In this document: in pieces, positions 15,280-30,200 of the stretch
Numbering within the stretch: the first letter of the stretch is position 1
How the letters are laid out: every line of letters starts with the position of its first letter
NCBI GenBank assembly: GCA_964016885.1
Contig: OZ024742.1
Span: 227,602,001 to 227,666,000 of the forward strand
Length of the DNA stretch: 64,000 nt
Reading direction: 5' to 3'
Source of the DNA: Eledone cirrhosa
Lineage: Eukaryota
Notes under the pieces: model-generated
Database searches by the model: none
The model's input: only the letters and a program-made list of their open reading frames with translations
What the model was told of the DNA's origin: nothing
Program-made: the position numbers and the translations under genes

Positions 15280-18200
15280 AACATGTTTAGTCACAGACCA
15301 AGATAACATGTCCTATCTAGGTCTCTCCAATATATTTAGTCACAAAACAATTTAACATGTCCTATCTAATTCTCTCCAGCATGTTTAGTCACACACCTAG
15401 ATAACATTTCCTATCCAGGTCTCTGCAATATGTTTAGTCGCAGACCAAGATCAGATGTCCTATTTAGGTCTCTCCAACATGTTTATTCAGAGACCAAGAT
15501 AACATGTCCAAACTAGGTCTCTCCCACATGTTTAGTCTCAGACCAAGATGACATGTCATATGTAGGTTTCTACAACATGTTTAGTCACAGACCAAAGTAA
15601 CATGTGCGATCTAGGTCTCTCCAATCTGTTTAGTCACAAACCAAGATAACATGTCCTATCTAGGTCTCTCTAATATATTTTACACAAAGCAAGATAACAT
15701 GAGCTATTTAGTCTCAGACCAAGATAACATGTCCTATCTAGGTCTCTCCAATATATTTAGTCACAGACCAATATAACATGTACTACATAGGTCTCTTCAA
15801 TATGTTTAGTCACAGACCAAGATAACATTTACAATCTAGGTCTCTCCAATATGTTTCGTCTTAGATCAAGATAACATGTGGTATCTAGGTCTCTGCAATA
15901 TGTTTAGTCACAGACCAATATAACATGTACTATCTAGATCTCTCCGATATGTTTAGTAACAGACCAAGATAACATGTCGTATCTAGGTCTCTCCAACATG
16001 TTTAGTCACCGACCAAGATAACATTTCCTATCTAGGTCTCTGCAATAAGTTTAGTCACAGACCAAGATAAGATTCCTATCTAGGTTCTCCACCATGTTTA
16101 GTCAGAGACCAAGTTAACATGTCACAACTAGATCTCTCCCACATGTTTAGTCTCAGAACGAGATGACATGTCATATGTAGGTTTCTGCATCATGTTTAGT
16201 CGCAGACCAAGATAACATCTCCTATCTAGGTCTCTCCAATCTGTTTAGTCACAAACCAAGATAACATGTCCTATCTAGGTTCTTCCAACATGTTTAGTCT
16301 CAGATCAAGATAACATGTCCTATCTCGGTCTCTCCAATATGTTTAGTCACAGACCAAGATAACATGTCCTATAAAAGTCTCTACAATATGTTTACTCACA
16401 AACCAAGATAACATGTCCTATCTAGGTCTCTCCAATATGTTTAGTCACAGACCAAGATAACATTTCCTATCTAGGTCTCGCCAATATATTTAGTCACAAA
16501 ACAATTTAATATGTCCTATCTAGGTCTCTCCAATATATTTAGTCACGGACCAATATAACATGTACTACCTAGGTCTCTCCAATATGTTTATTCACAAACC
16601 AAGATAACATGTCGTATCTAGTTCTCTCTAATATGTTTAGTCACAGACTAAGATAACATTTCCAATCTAGGTCTCTTCAATATGTTTAGTCACAGACCAA
16701 GATAACATGTCCTATCTAGGTCTCTCCAATATGTTTAGTCACAGACCAAGATAACATGTCCTATCTAGGTCTCGCCAATATATTTAGTCACGGACCAATA
16801 TAACATGTACTACCTAGGTCTCTCCAATATGTTTATTCACAAACCAAGATAACCTGTCATAGCTAACTCTCCAATATGTTTAGTCACAAACCAAGATAAC
16901 ATGTCCTATCTAGGTCTCTCCAACATGTTTAGTCACAAACCAAGATAACATGTCATATCTAGGTCTCTCCAATATGTTTATTCACAAACCAAGATAACCT
17001 GTCATAGCTAACTCTCCAATATAATTAGTCACAGACCAAGATAACATGTCCTATCTAGGTCTCTCCAACATGTTTAGTCTTAGATCAAGATAACATGTCT
17101 TATCTAGGTCTCTGCAATATGTTTAGTCACAGACCAAGATAACATTTCCTATCTAGGTCTCTGCAATATATTTAGTTACAGACCAAGATAACATATCCTA
17201 TCTAGGTCTCTCCAATATATTTCGTCACAGACCAATATAACATGTCCAAACTAGGTCTCTCCCACATGTTTAGTCTCAGACCGAGATGACATGTCATATG
17301 TAGGTTTCTAAAACATGTTTAGTCACAGACCAAAGTAACATGTCCTATCTAGGTCTCTCCAATATATTTAGTCACAGACCAAGATAACATGTCCTATCTA
17401 GTTCTCTGCAATATGTTTAGTCACACACCACGGTAAAATGTCGTATGTAGATCTCTCCAACATGTTTATTCACAGACCAAGATATCATGTCCAGTCGAGG
17501 TCTCTCCAATATATTTAGTCACAAAACAATTTAACATGTCCTATCTAAGTCTCTCCAACATGTTTAGTCACACACCTAGATAACATGTCCTATCCAGGTC
17601 TCTCCATTATGTTTAGTCACCGACCAAGATAACATTTCCTATCTAGGTCTCTCCCACATGTTTAGTCCCAGACCAAGATGACATGTCATCTGTAGGTTTC
17701 TACAACATGTTTAGTCACAGACCAAAGTAACATGTCCTATCTAGGTCTCTCCAATCTGTTTTTTTACAAACCAAGATAACATGTCCTATCAAGGTCTCTC
17801 CAATGTATTTAGTCATACACCTAGATAACACGTCCTATCTAGGTCTCTCCAATATGTTTATTCACAGACCAAGATAACATGTCTAATCTAGGTCTCTCCA
17901 ATATGTTTAGTCACAGACCAAGATAACAGGCCCTATCTAGGTCTCTACAATATATTTTACACAAAGCAAAATAACATCTCTTATCTAGGTTGCTTCAACA
18001 TGTTTAGTCTCAGATCAAAATAACATGTCCTATCTAGGTCTCTCCAACATGTTTAGTCACAGACCAAGATAACATGTCCAGTCGAGGTCTCTCCAATATA
18101 TTTAGTCACAAACCAAGATAACATGTCCTATCTAGGTTTCTCCAATAAGTTTAGTCACAGACCAAGATAACATGTCCTATATAAGTCACTCCAATATATT

Positions 18201-21200
18201 TAGTCACAAAACAAGATAACATGTCCTATCTAGTTCTCTCCAATATGTTTAGTCACACACCAAGGTAAGATGTCGTATCTAGATCTCTCCAACATGTTTA
18301 GTCACAGACCAAGATAACATGTCCAGTCGAGGTCTCTCCAATATATTTAGTCACAAAACAATTTAACATGTCCTATCTAAGTCACTCCAATATGTTTAGT
18401 CGCAAACCAAGATAACACGTCCTATCTAGGTTTCTCCAATATGTTTAGTCACAGACCAAGATAACATGTCCTATATAAATCTCTCCAATATCTTTAGTCA
18501 CAGACCAAGATACCACGTCCTATCTAGGTCTCTCCAACATGTTTAGTCTCAGACCAAATAACTTGTCCAATCTAGGTCTCTCCAACATGTTTAGACACAG
18601 ACCAAGATAACATGTCTAATCTAGGTCTTTCCAATATGTTTAGTCACAGACCAAGATAACAGGTCCTATCTAGGTCTCTCCAATATATTTTACACAAAGC
18701 AAGATAACATGTCTTATCTAGGTTGGTTCAACATGTTTAATCTCAGATCAAAATAACATGTCCTATCTAGGTCTCTCCAACATGTTTAGTCACAGACCAA
18801 GATAACATGTCCAGTCGAGGTCTCTCCAATATGTTTAGTCACAAACCAAGATAACATGTCCTATCTAGGTTTCTCCAATAAGTTTAGTCACAGACAAAGA
18901 TAACATGTCCTATATAAGTCACTCCAATATGTTTAGTCACAAACCAAGATAACATGTCCTATCTAGGTCTCTCCAATATATTTAGTCACAAAACAAGATA
19001 ACATGTCCTATCTAGTTCTCTCCAATATGTTTAGTCACACACCAAGGTAAAATGTCGTATCTAGATCTCTCCAACATGTTTAGTCACACACCAAGATAAC
19101 ATGTACAATCTAGGTCTCTCCAATATATTTAGTCACAAAACAATTTAACATGTCCTATCTAGGTCACTCCAATATGTTTAGTCGCAAACCAAGATAACAC
19201 GTCCTATCTAGGTTTCTCCAATATGTTTAGTCACAGACCAAGATAACATGTCCTATATAAATCTCTCCAATATGTTTAGTCACAAACCAAGATAACATGT
19301 GCTATCTAGGTCTCTCCAATATGTTTAGTCACACACCAAGGTAAAATGTCGAATCTAGGTCTCTCCGATATGTTTAGTCGTAGACCAAGATGACATGCCC
19401 TAAGTAGGTCTCCCCAGCATGTTCAGTCACAGACCAAGGTAAAATGTCGTATCTAGATCTCTCCAACATGTTTAGTCACAGACCAAGATAACAGGTCCTA
19501 TCTAGGTCTCTCCAATATATTTTACACAAAGCAAGATAAAATGTCCTATCTAGGTTCCTCCAACATGTTTAGTCTCAGATCAAGATAACATGTCCTATCT
19601 AGATCTCTCCAATATGTTTAGTCACAGACGAAGATAACATGTCCTATCTAGGTCTCTCCAATATGTTTAGTCACCGACCAATATAACATTTCCTATCTAG
19701 GTCTCTCCCACATGTTTAGTCCCAGTCCAAGATGACATGTCATCTGTAGGTTTCTACAACATGTTTAGTCACAGACCAAAGTAACATGTCCTATCTAGGT
19801 CTCTCCAATCTGTTTAGTCACAAACCAAGATAACATGTCCTATCAAGGTCTCTCCAATGTATTTAGTCACACACCTAGATAACACGTCCTATCTAGGTCT
19901 CTCCAACATGTTTAGTCTCAGACCAAATAACTTGTCCAATCTAGGTCTCTCCAACATGTTTAGACACAGACAAAGATAACATGTCTAATCTAGGTCTCTC
20001 CAATATGTTTAGTCACAGACCAAGATAACAGGTGCTATCTAGGTCTCTCCAATATATTTTACACAAACCAAGATAACATGTCCTATCTAGGTTCCTCCAA
20101 CATGTTTAGTCTCAGATCAAAATAACATGTCCTATCTAGGTCTCTCCAACATGTTTAGTCACAGACCAAGATAAAATGTCCAGTCGAGATCTCTCCAATA
20201 TGTTTAGTTACAAACCAAGATAACATGTCCTATCTAGGTCTCTCCAATAAGTTTAGTCACAGACCAAGATAACACGTCCTATCTAGGTTTCTCCAATATG
20301 TTTAGTCACAGACCAAGATAACACGTCCTATATAAATCTCTCCAATATGTTTAGTCACAAACCAAGATAACATGTGCTATCTAGGTCTCTCCAATATGTT
20401 TAGTCACACACCAAGGTAAAATGTCGAATCCAGGTCTCTCCGATATGTTTAGTCGCAGACCAAGATGACATTTCCTAAGTAGGTCTCCCCAGCATGTTTA
20501 GTCACAGACCAAGTTAATATGTCCTATCTAGGTCTCACCAATATATTTAGTCACAGACCAATATAACATGTACTACGTAGGTCTCTACAATATGTTTAGT
20601 CACAAACCAAGATAACATTTCTGATCTAGGTCTCTCCAATATATTTAGTCTTAGATCAAGATAACATGTCCTATCTAGGTCTCTGCAATATGTTTAGTCA
20701 CAGACCAAGATAACATTTCCTATCTAGGTCTCAGCAAAATATTTAGTTACAGACCAAGATAACATGTCTTATCTAGGTCTCTCCAACATGTTTAGTCTCA
20801 GACCAAGATAACATGTCCAATCTTGGACTCTCCAACTTATTTAGGCACAGACCAATATAACATGTCCAATCTAGGTTTCTCCAATATGTTTAGTCACAGA
20901 CGAAGATAACAGGTCCTATCTAGGTCTCTCCAATATATTTTACACAAAGCAAGATAAAATGTCCTATCTAGGTTCCTCCAACATGTTTAGTCTCAGATCA
21001 AGATAACATGTCCTATCTAGATCTCTCCAATATATTTAGTCACAGACCAAGATAACTTTTCCTATCTAGGTCTCTCCAATATGTTTAGTCGCAGACCAAG
21101 ATAAGATATCCTATCTAGGTCTCTCCAACATGTTTATTCAGAGACCAAGATAACATGTCCAAACTAGGTCTCTCCCACGTGTTTAGTCTCAGACCAAGAT

Positions 21201-24200
21201 GACATGTCATATGTAGGTTTCTACAACATGTTTAGTCACAGACCAAAGTAACAGGTTCTATTTAGGTCTCTCCAATCTGTTTAGTCAGAAACCAAGATAA
21301 CATGTCCTATCTAGGTCTTTCCAATATATTTAGTCACAGACCAATATAACATGTACTACCTAGGTCTCTCCAATATGTTAAGTCACACACCAAGGTAAAA
21401 TGTTGTATCTAGATCTCTCCAACATGTTTAGTCACAGACCAAGATAACATGTCCAGTCGAGGTCTCTCCAATATATTTAGTCACAAAACAATTTAACATG
21501 TCCTATCTAAGTCTCTCCAACATGTTTAGTCACACACCTAGATAACAAGTGTTATCTAGGTCTCTCCAATATGTTTAGTCACCGACCAAGATAACATTTC
21601 CTATCTAGGTCTCTCCCACATGTTTAGTCCCAGACGAAGATGACATGTCATCTGTAGGTTTCTACAACATGTTTAGTCACAGACCAAAGTAACATGTCCT
21701 ATCTAGGTCTCTCCAATCTGTTTAATCAAAAAACCAAGATAACATGTCCTATCAAGGTCTCTCCAATGTATTTAGTCACACACCTAGATAACACGTCCTA
21801 TCCAGGTCTCACCAATATGTTTAGTCACAGACCAAGTTAAAATGTCCAATCTAGGTTCTCTCCAACATGTTTTGTCTCAGATCAAGATAACAAATCCTAT
21901 GTAGGTCTCTGCAATATGTTTAGTCACAGATCAAGATAACGTCCTATCTAGGTCTCTCCAACATGTTTAGTCTCAGACCAAATAACATGTCCAATCTAGG
22001 TCTCTCCAACATGTTTAGTCACAGACCAAGATAACATGTCCTATCTAGGTCTCTCCAACATGTTTAGTCACAGACCAAGATAAAATGTCCTATCTAGGTC
22101 TCTCTAATATGTTTAGTCACAGGCCAAGATAACATGTCCTATCCTGGTCTCTGCAATATGTTTAGTCACAGACCAAGATAACATGTCCTATCTAGGTCTC
22201 TGCAATATATTTAGTCACAAACCAAGATAACATGTCCTATCAAGGTCTCTCCAACATGTTTAGTCTCAGACCAAGATAACCTGTCCTATGTAGGTCTCTC
22301 CAATATGTTTAGTCACATACCAAGATAAGATGTCCTATCTAGGTCTCTCCAACATGTTTAGTCAGAGACCAAGATAACATGTCCAATCTAGGCCTCTCCC
22401 ACATGTTTAATCACAGACCAAGATAACATGTGCTATCTAGGTCTCTCCCATATCTTTAGTCACAGACCAAGATAACATGTCCTATGTAGGTCTCTCCAAC
22501 ATGTTTAGTCACAGACCAAGATAACATGTCCTATCTAGGTCTCTCCAATATATTTAATCACAGACGAAGATAACATGTACTACCTAGATCTCTCCAATAT
22601 GTTTAGTCACAGACCAAGATAACATGTCCTATCTAGGTCTCTTCAACATGTTTAGTCACAGACCAACATAACATGTCCTATCTAGCTCTCTCCAACATGT
22701 TTAGTCTCACATCAAGATAACAAATCCTATGTAGATCTTTGCAATATGTTTAGTCACAAACCAAGATAACATGTCCCACGTAGGTCTTCCCAAAATGTTT
22801 AATCACAGACCAGGATAACATGTCCTATCTAGGTCTCTCCAATATGTTTAGTCACAGACCAAGATCACATGTCCTATCTAGGTCAATCCAACATATTTAG
22901 TCACAGACCTTGTTAACATGTCCATTCTAGGTCTCTCCAATATGTTTAGTCACAGACCAAGATCACATGTCGTATCTAGGTGTCTCCAATATGTTTAGTC
23001 ACAGACCAAGACAACATGTCCTATCTAGGTCTCTCCAATATGTTTAGTTACAAACCAAGATAACATGTACAATCTAGGTCTCTCAGATATATTTAGTCAC
23101 AGACCAAGACAACATGTCCAAACTAGGTCTCTGCAATATGTTTAGTTACAGACCAAGATAATATGTCCTATCTAGGTCTCACCAACATGTTTAGTCACAG
23201 ACCAAGATAACATATCCAATCTAGGTCTCTCCAATATATTTAGTCACAGACCAAGATAACATGTCCTATCTAGGTCTCTCCAATATATTTTGTCACAGAC
23301 CAAGATAACATGTCCTATCTAGGTCTCTCCAATATGTTTAGTCACAAACCAAGATAGCATGTCATCTCTAGGTCTCTCCAGCATGTTTAGTCTCACATCA
23401 AGATAACAAATCCTATGTAGATCTTTGCAATATATTTAGTCACAGACCAAGATAACATGTCCTATCTAGGTCTCTACAATATGTTTAGTCACAGACCAAG
23501 ATAACATGTCCTATCTAGGTCTCTCCAATATGTTTAGTCACAAACCAAGATAGCATGTCATCTCTAGGTCTCTCCAGCATGTTTAGTCTCACATCAAGAT
23601 AACAAATCCTATGTAGATCTTTGCAATATATTTAGTCACAGACCAAGATAACATGTCCTATCTAGGTCTCTACAATATGTTTAGTCACAGACCAAGATAA
23701 CATGTCCTATCTAGGTCTCTCCAATATATTTAGTCACAAAACAATTTAACATGTCCTATCTAATTCTCTCCAGCATGTTTAGTCACACACCTAGATAACA
23801 TTTCCTATCCAGGTCTCTGCAATATGTTTAGTCGCAGACCAAGATCAGATGTCCTATTTAGGTCTCTCCAACATGTTTATTCAGAGACCAAGATAACATG
23901 TCCAAACTAGGTCTCTCCCACATGTTTAGTCTCAGACCAAGATGACATGTCATATGTAGGTTTCTACAACATGTTTAGTCACAGACCAAAGTAACATGTG
24001 CGATCTAGGTCTCTCCAATCTGTTTAGTCACAAACCAAGATAACATGTCCTATCTAGGTCTCTCTAATATATTTTACACAAAGCAAGATAACATGAGCTA
24101 TTTAGTCTCAGACCAAGATAACATGTCCTATCTAGGTCTCTCCAATATATTTAGTCACAGACCAATATAACATGTACTACATAGGTCTCTTCAATATGTT

Positions 24201-27200
24201 TAGTCACAGACCAAGATAACATTTACAATCTAGGTCTCTCCAATATGTTTCGTCTTAGATCAAGATAACATGTGGTATCTAGGTCTCTGCAATATGTTTA
24301 GTCACAGACCAATATAACATGTACTATCTAGATCTCTCCGATATGTTTAGTAACAGACCAAGATAACATGTCGTATCTAGGTCTCTCCAACATGTTTAGT
24401 CACCGACCAAGATAACATTTCCTATCTAGGTCTCTGCAATAAGTTTAGTCACAGACCAAGATAAGATTCCTATCTAGGTTCTCCACCATGTTTAGTCAGA
24501 GACCAAGTTAACATGTCACAACTAGATCTCTCCCACATGTTTAGTCTCAGAACGAGATGACATGTCATATGTAGGTTTCTGCATCATGTTTAGTCGCAGA
24601 CCAAGATAACATCTCCTATCTAGGTCTCTCCAATCTGTTTAGTCACAAACCAAGATAACATGTCCTATCTAGGTTCTTCCAACATGTTTAGTCTCAGATC
24701 AAGATAACATGTCCTATCTCGGTCTCTCCAATATGTTTAGTCACAGACCAAGATAACATGTCCTATAAAAGTCTCTACAATATGTTTACTCACAAACCAA
24801 GATAACATGTCCTATCTAGGTCTCTCCAATATGTTTAGTCACAGACCAAGATAACATTTCCTATCTAGGTCTCGCCAATATATTTAGTCACAAAACAATT
24901 TAATATGTCCTATCTAGGTCTCTCCAATATATTTAGTCACGGACCAATATAACATGTACTACCTAGGTCTCTCCAATATGTTTATTCACAAACCAAGATA
25001 ACATGTCGTATCTAGTTCTCTCTAATATGTTTAGTCACAGACTAAGATAACATTTCCAATCTAGGTCTCTTCAATATGTTTAGTCACAGACCAAGATAAC
25101 ATGTCCTATCTAGGTCTCTCCAATATGTTTAGTCACAGACCAAGATAACATGTCCTATCTAGGTCTCGCCAATATATTTAGTCACGGACCAATATAACAT
25201 GTACTACCTAGGTCTCTCCAATATGTTTATTCACAAACCAAGATAACCTGTCATAGCTAACTCTCCAATATGTTTAGTCACAAACCAAGATAACATGTCC
25301 TATCTAGGTCTCTCCAACATGTTTAGTCACAAACCAAGATAACATGTCATATCTAGGTCTCTCCAATATGTTTATTCACAAACCAAGATAACCTGTCATA
25401 GCTAACTCTCCAATATAATTAGTCACAGACCAAGATAACATGTCCTATCTAGGTCTCTCCAACATGTTTAGTCTTAGATCAAGATAACATGTCTTATCTA
25501 GGTCTCTGCAATATGTTTAGTCACAGACCAAGATAACATTTCCTATCTAGGTCTCTGCAATATATTTAGTTACAGACCAAGATAACATATCCTATCTAGG
25601 TCTCTCCAATATATTTCGTCACAGACCAATATAACATGTCCAAACTAGGTCTCTCCCACATGTTTAGTCTCAGACCGAGATGACATGTCATATGTAGGTT
25701 TCTAAAACATGTTTAGTCACAGACCAAAGTAACATGTCCTATCTAGGTCTCTCCAATATATTTAGTCACAGACCAAGATAACATGTCCTATCTAGTTCTC
25801 TGCAATATGTTTAGTCACACACCACGGTAAAATGTCGTATGTAGATCTCTCCAACATGTTTATTCACAGACCAAGATATCATGTCCAGTCGAGGTCTCTC
25901 CAATATATTTAGTCACAAAACAATTTAACATGTCCTATCTAAGTCTCTCCAACATGTTTAGTCACACACCTAGATAACATGTCCTATCCAGGTCTCTCCA
26001 TTATGTTTAGTCACCGACCAAGATAACATTTCCTATCTAGGTCTCTCCCACATGTTTAGTCCCAGACCAAGATGACATGTCATCTGTAGGTTTCTACAAC
26101 ATGTTTAGTCACAGACCAAAGTAACATGTCCTATCTAGGTCTCTCCAATCTGTTTTTTTACAAACCAAGATAACATGTCCTATCAAGGTCTCTCCAATGT
26201 ATTTAGTCATACACCTAGATAACACGTCCTATCTAGGTCTCTCCAATATGTTTATTCACAGACCAAGATAACATGTCTAATCTAGGTCTCTCCAATATGT
26301 TTAGTCAGAGACCAAGATAACAGGCCCTATCTAGGTCTCTACAATATATTTTACACAAAGCAAAATAACATCTCTTATCTAGGTTGCTTCAACATGTTTA
26401 GTCTCAGATCAAAATAACATGTCCTATCTAGGTCTCTCCAACATGTTTAGTCACAGACCAAGATAACATGTCCAGTCGAGGTCTCTCCAATATATTTAGT
26501 CACAAACCAAGATAACATGTCCTATCTAGGTTTATCCAATAAGTTTAGTCACAGACCAAGATAACATGTCCTATATAAGTCACTCCAATATATTTAGTCA
26601 CAAAACAAGATAACATGTCCTATCTAGTTCTCTCCAATATGTTTAGTCACACACCAAGGTAAGATGTCGTATCTAGATCTCTCCAACATGTTTAGTCACA
26701 GACCAAGATAACATGTCCAGTCGAGGTCTCTCCAATATATTTAGTCACAAAACAATTTAACATGTCCTATCTAAGTCACTCCAATATGTTTAGTCGCAAA
26801 CCAAGATAACACGTCCTATCTAGGTTTCTCCAATATGTTTAGTCACAGACCAAGATAACATGTCCTATATAAATCTCTCCAATATCTTTAGTCACAGACC
26901 AAGATACCACGTCCTATCTAGGTCTCTCCAACATGTTTAGTCTCAGACCAAATAACTTGTCCAATCTAGGTCTCTCCAACATGTTTAGACACAGACCAAG
27001 ATAACATGTCTAATCTAGGTCTTTCCAATATGTTTAGTCACAGACCAAGATAACAGGTCCTATCTAGGTCTCTCCAATATATTTTACACAAAGCAAGATA
27101 ACATGTCTTATCTAGGTTGGTTCAACATGTTTAATCTCAGATCAAAATAACATGTCCTATCTAGGTCTCTCCAACATGTTTAGTCACAGACCAAGATAAC

Positions 27201-30200
27201 ATGTCCAGTCGAGGTCTCTCCAATATGTTTAGTCACAAACCAAGATAACATGTCCTATCTAGGTTTCTCCAATAAGTTTAGTCACAGACAAAGATAACAT
27301 GTCCTATATAAGTCACTCCAATATGTTTAGTCACAAACCAAGATAACATGTCCTATCTAGGTCTCTCCAATATATTTAGTCACAAAACAAGATAACATGT
27401 CCTATCTAGTTCTCTCCAATATGTTTAGTCACACACCAAGGTAAAATGTCGTATCTAGATCTCTCCAACATGTTTAGTCACACACCAAGATAACATGTAC
27501 AATCTAGGTCTCTCCAATATATTTAGTCACAAAACAATTTAACATGTCCTATCTAGGTCACTCCAATATGTTTAGTCGCAAACCAAGATAACACGTCCTA
27601 TCTAGGTTTCTCCAATATGTTTAGTCACAGACCAAGATAACATGTCCTATATAAATCTCTCCAATATGTTTAGTCACAAACCAAGATAACATGTGCTATC
27701 TAGGTCTCTCCAATATGTTTAGTCACACACCAAGGTAAAATGTCGAATCTAGGTCTCTCCGATATGTTTAGTCGTAGACCAAGATGACATGCCCTAAGTA
27801 GGTCTCCCCAGCATGTTCAGTCACAGACCAAGGTAAAATGTCGTATCTAGATCTCTCCAACATGTTTAGTCACAGACCAAGATAACAGGTCCTATCTAGG
27901 TCTCTCCAATATATTTTACACAAAGCAAGATAAAATGTCCTATCTAGGTTCCTCCAACATGTTTAGTCTCAGATCAAGATAACATGTCCTATCTAGATCT
28001 CTCCAATATGTTTAGTCACAGACGAAGATAACATGTCCTATCTAGGTCTCTCCAATATGTTTAGTCACCGACCAATATAACATTTCCTATCTAGGTCTCT
28101 CCCACATGTTTAGTCCCAGTCCAAGATGACATGTCATCTGTAGGTTTCTACAACATGTTTAGTCACAGACCAAAGTAACATGTCCTATCTAGGTCTCTCC
28201 AATCTGTTTAGTCACAAACCAAGATAACATGTCCTATCAAGGTCTCTCCAATGTATTTAGTCACACACCTAGATAACACGTCCTATCTAGGTCTCTCCAA
28301 CATGTTTAGTCTCAGACCAAATAACTTGTCCAATCTAGGTCTCTCCAACATGTTTAGACACAGACAAAGATAACATGTCTAATCTAGGTCTCTCCAATAT
28401 GTTTAGTCACAGACCAAGATAACAGGTGCTATCTAGGTCTCTCCAATATATTTTACACAAACCAAGATAACATGTCCTATCTAGGTTCCTCCAACATGTT
28501 TAGTCTCAGATCAAAATAACATGTCCTATCTAGGTCTCTCCAACATGTTTAGTCACAGACCAAGATAAAATGTCCAGTCGAGATCTCTCCAATATGTTTA
28601 GTTACAAACCAAGATAACATGTCCTATCTAGGTCTCTCCAATAAGTTTAGTCACAGACCAAGATAACACGTCCTATATAAATCTCTCCAATATGTTTAGT
28701 CACAAACCAAGATAACATGTGCTATCTAGGTCTCTCCAATATGTTTAGTCACACACCAAGGTAAAATGTCGAATCCAGGTCTCTCCGATATGTTTAGTCG
28801 CAGACCAAGATGACATTTCCTAAGTAGGTCTCCCCAGCATGTTTAGTCACAGACCAAGTTAATATGTCCTATCTAGGTCTCACCAATATATTTAGTCACA
28901 GACCAATATAACATGTACTACGTAGGTCTCTACAATATGTTTAGTCACAAACCAAGATAACATTTCTGATCTAGGTCTCTCCAATATATTTAGTCTTAGA
29001 TCAAGATAACATGTCCTATCTAGGTCTCTGCAATATGTTTAGTCACAGACCAAGATAACATTTCCTATCTAGGTCTCAGCAAAATATTTAGTTACAGACC
29101 AAGATAACATGTCTTATCTAGGTCTCTCCAACATGTTTAGTCTCAGACCAAGATAACATGTCCAATCTTGGACTCTCCAACTTATTTAGGCACAGACCAA
29201 TATAACATGTCCAATCTAGGTTTCTCCAATATGTTTAGTCACAGACGAAGATAACAGGTCCTATCTAGGTCTCTCCAATATATTTTACACAAAGCAAGAT
29301 AAAATGTCCTATCTAGGTTCCTCCAACATGTTTAGTCTCAGATCAAGATAACATGTCCTATCTAGATCTCTCCAATATATTTAGTCACAGACCAAGATAA
29401 CTTTTCCTATCTAGGTCTCTCCAATATGTTTAGTCGCAGACCAAGATAAGATATCCTATCTAGGTCTCTCCAACATGTTTATTCAGAGACCAAGATAACA
29501 TGTCCAAACTAGGTCTCTCCCACGTGTTTAGTCTCAGACCAAGATGACATGTCATATGTAGGTTTCTACAACATGTTTAGTCACAGACCAAAGTAACAGG
29601 TTCTATTTAGGTCTCTCCAATCTGTTTAGTCAGAAACCAAGATAACATGTCCTATCTAGGTCTTTCCAATATATTTAGTCACAGACCAATATAACATGTA
29701 CTACCTAGGTCTCTCCAATATGTTAAGTCACACACCAAGGTAAAATGTTGTATCTAGATCTCTCCAACATGTTTAGTCACAGACCAAGATAACATGTCCA
29801 GTCGAGGTCTCTCCAATATATTTAGTCACAAAACAATTTAACATGTCCTATCTAAGTCTCTCCAACATGTTTAGTCACACACCTAGATAACAAGTGTTAT
29901 CTAGGTCTCTCCAATATGTTTAGTCACCGACCAAGATAACATTTCCTATCTAGGTCTCTCCCACATGTTTAGTCCCAGACGAAGATGACATGTCATCTGT
30001 AGGTTTCTACAACATGTTTAGTCACAGACCAAAGTAACATGTCCTATCTAGGTCTCTCCAATCTGTTTAATCAAAAAACCAAGATAACATGTCCTATCAA
30101 GGTCTCTCCAATGTATTTAGTCACACACCTAGATAACACGTCCTATCCAGGTCTCACCAATATGTTTAGTCACAGACCAAGTTAAAATGTCCAATCTAGG

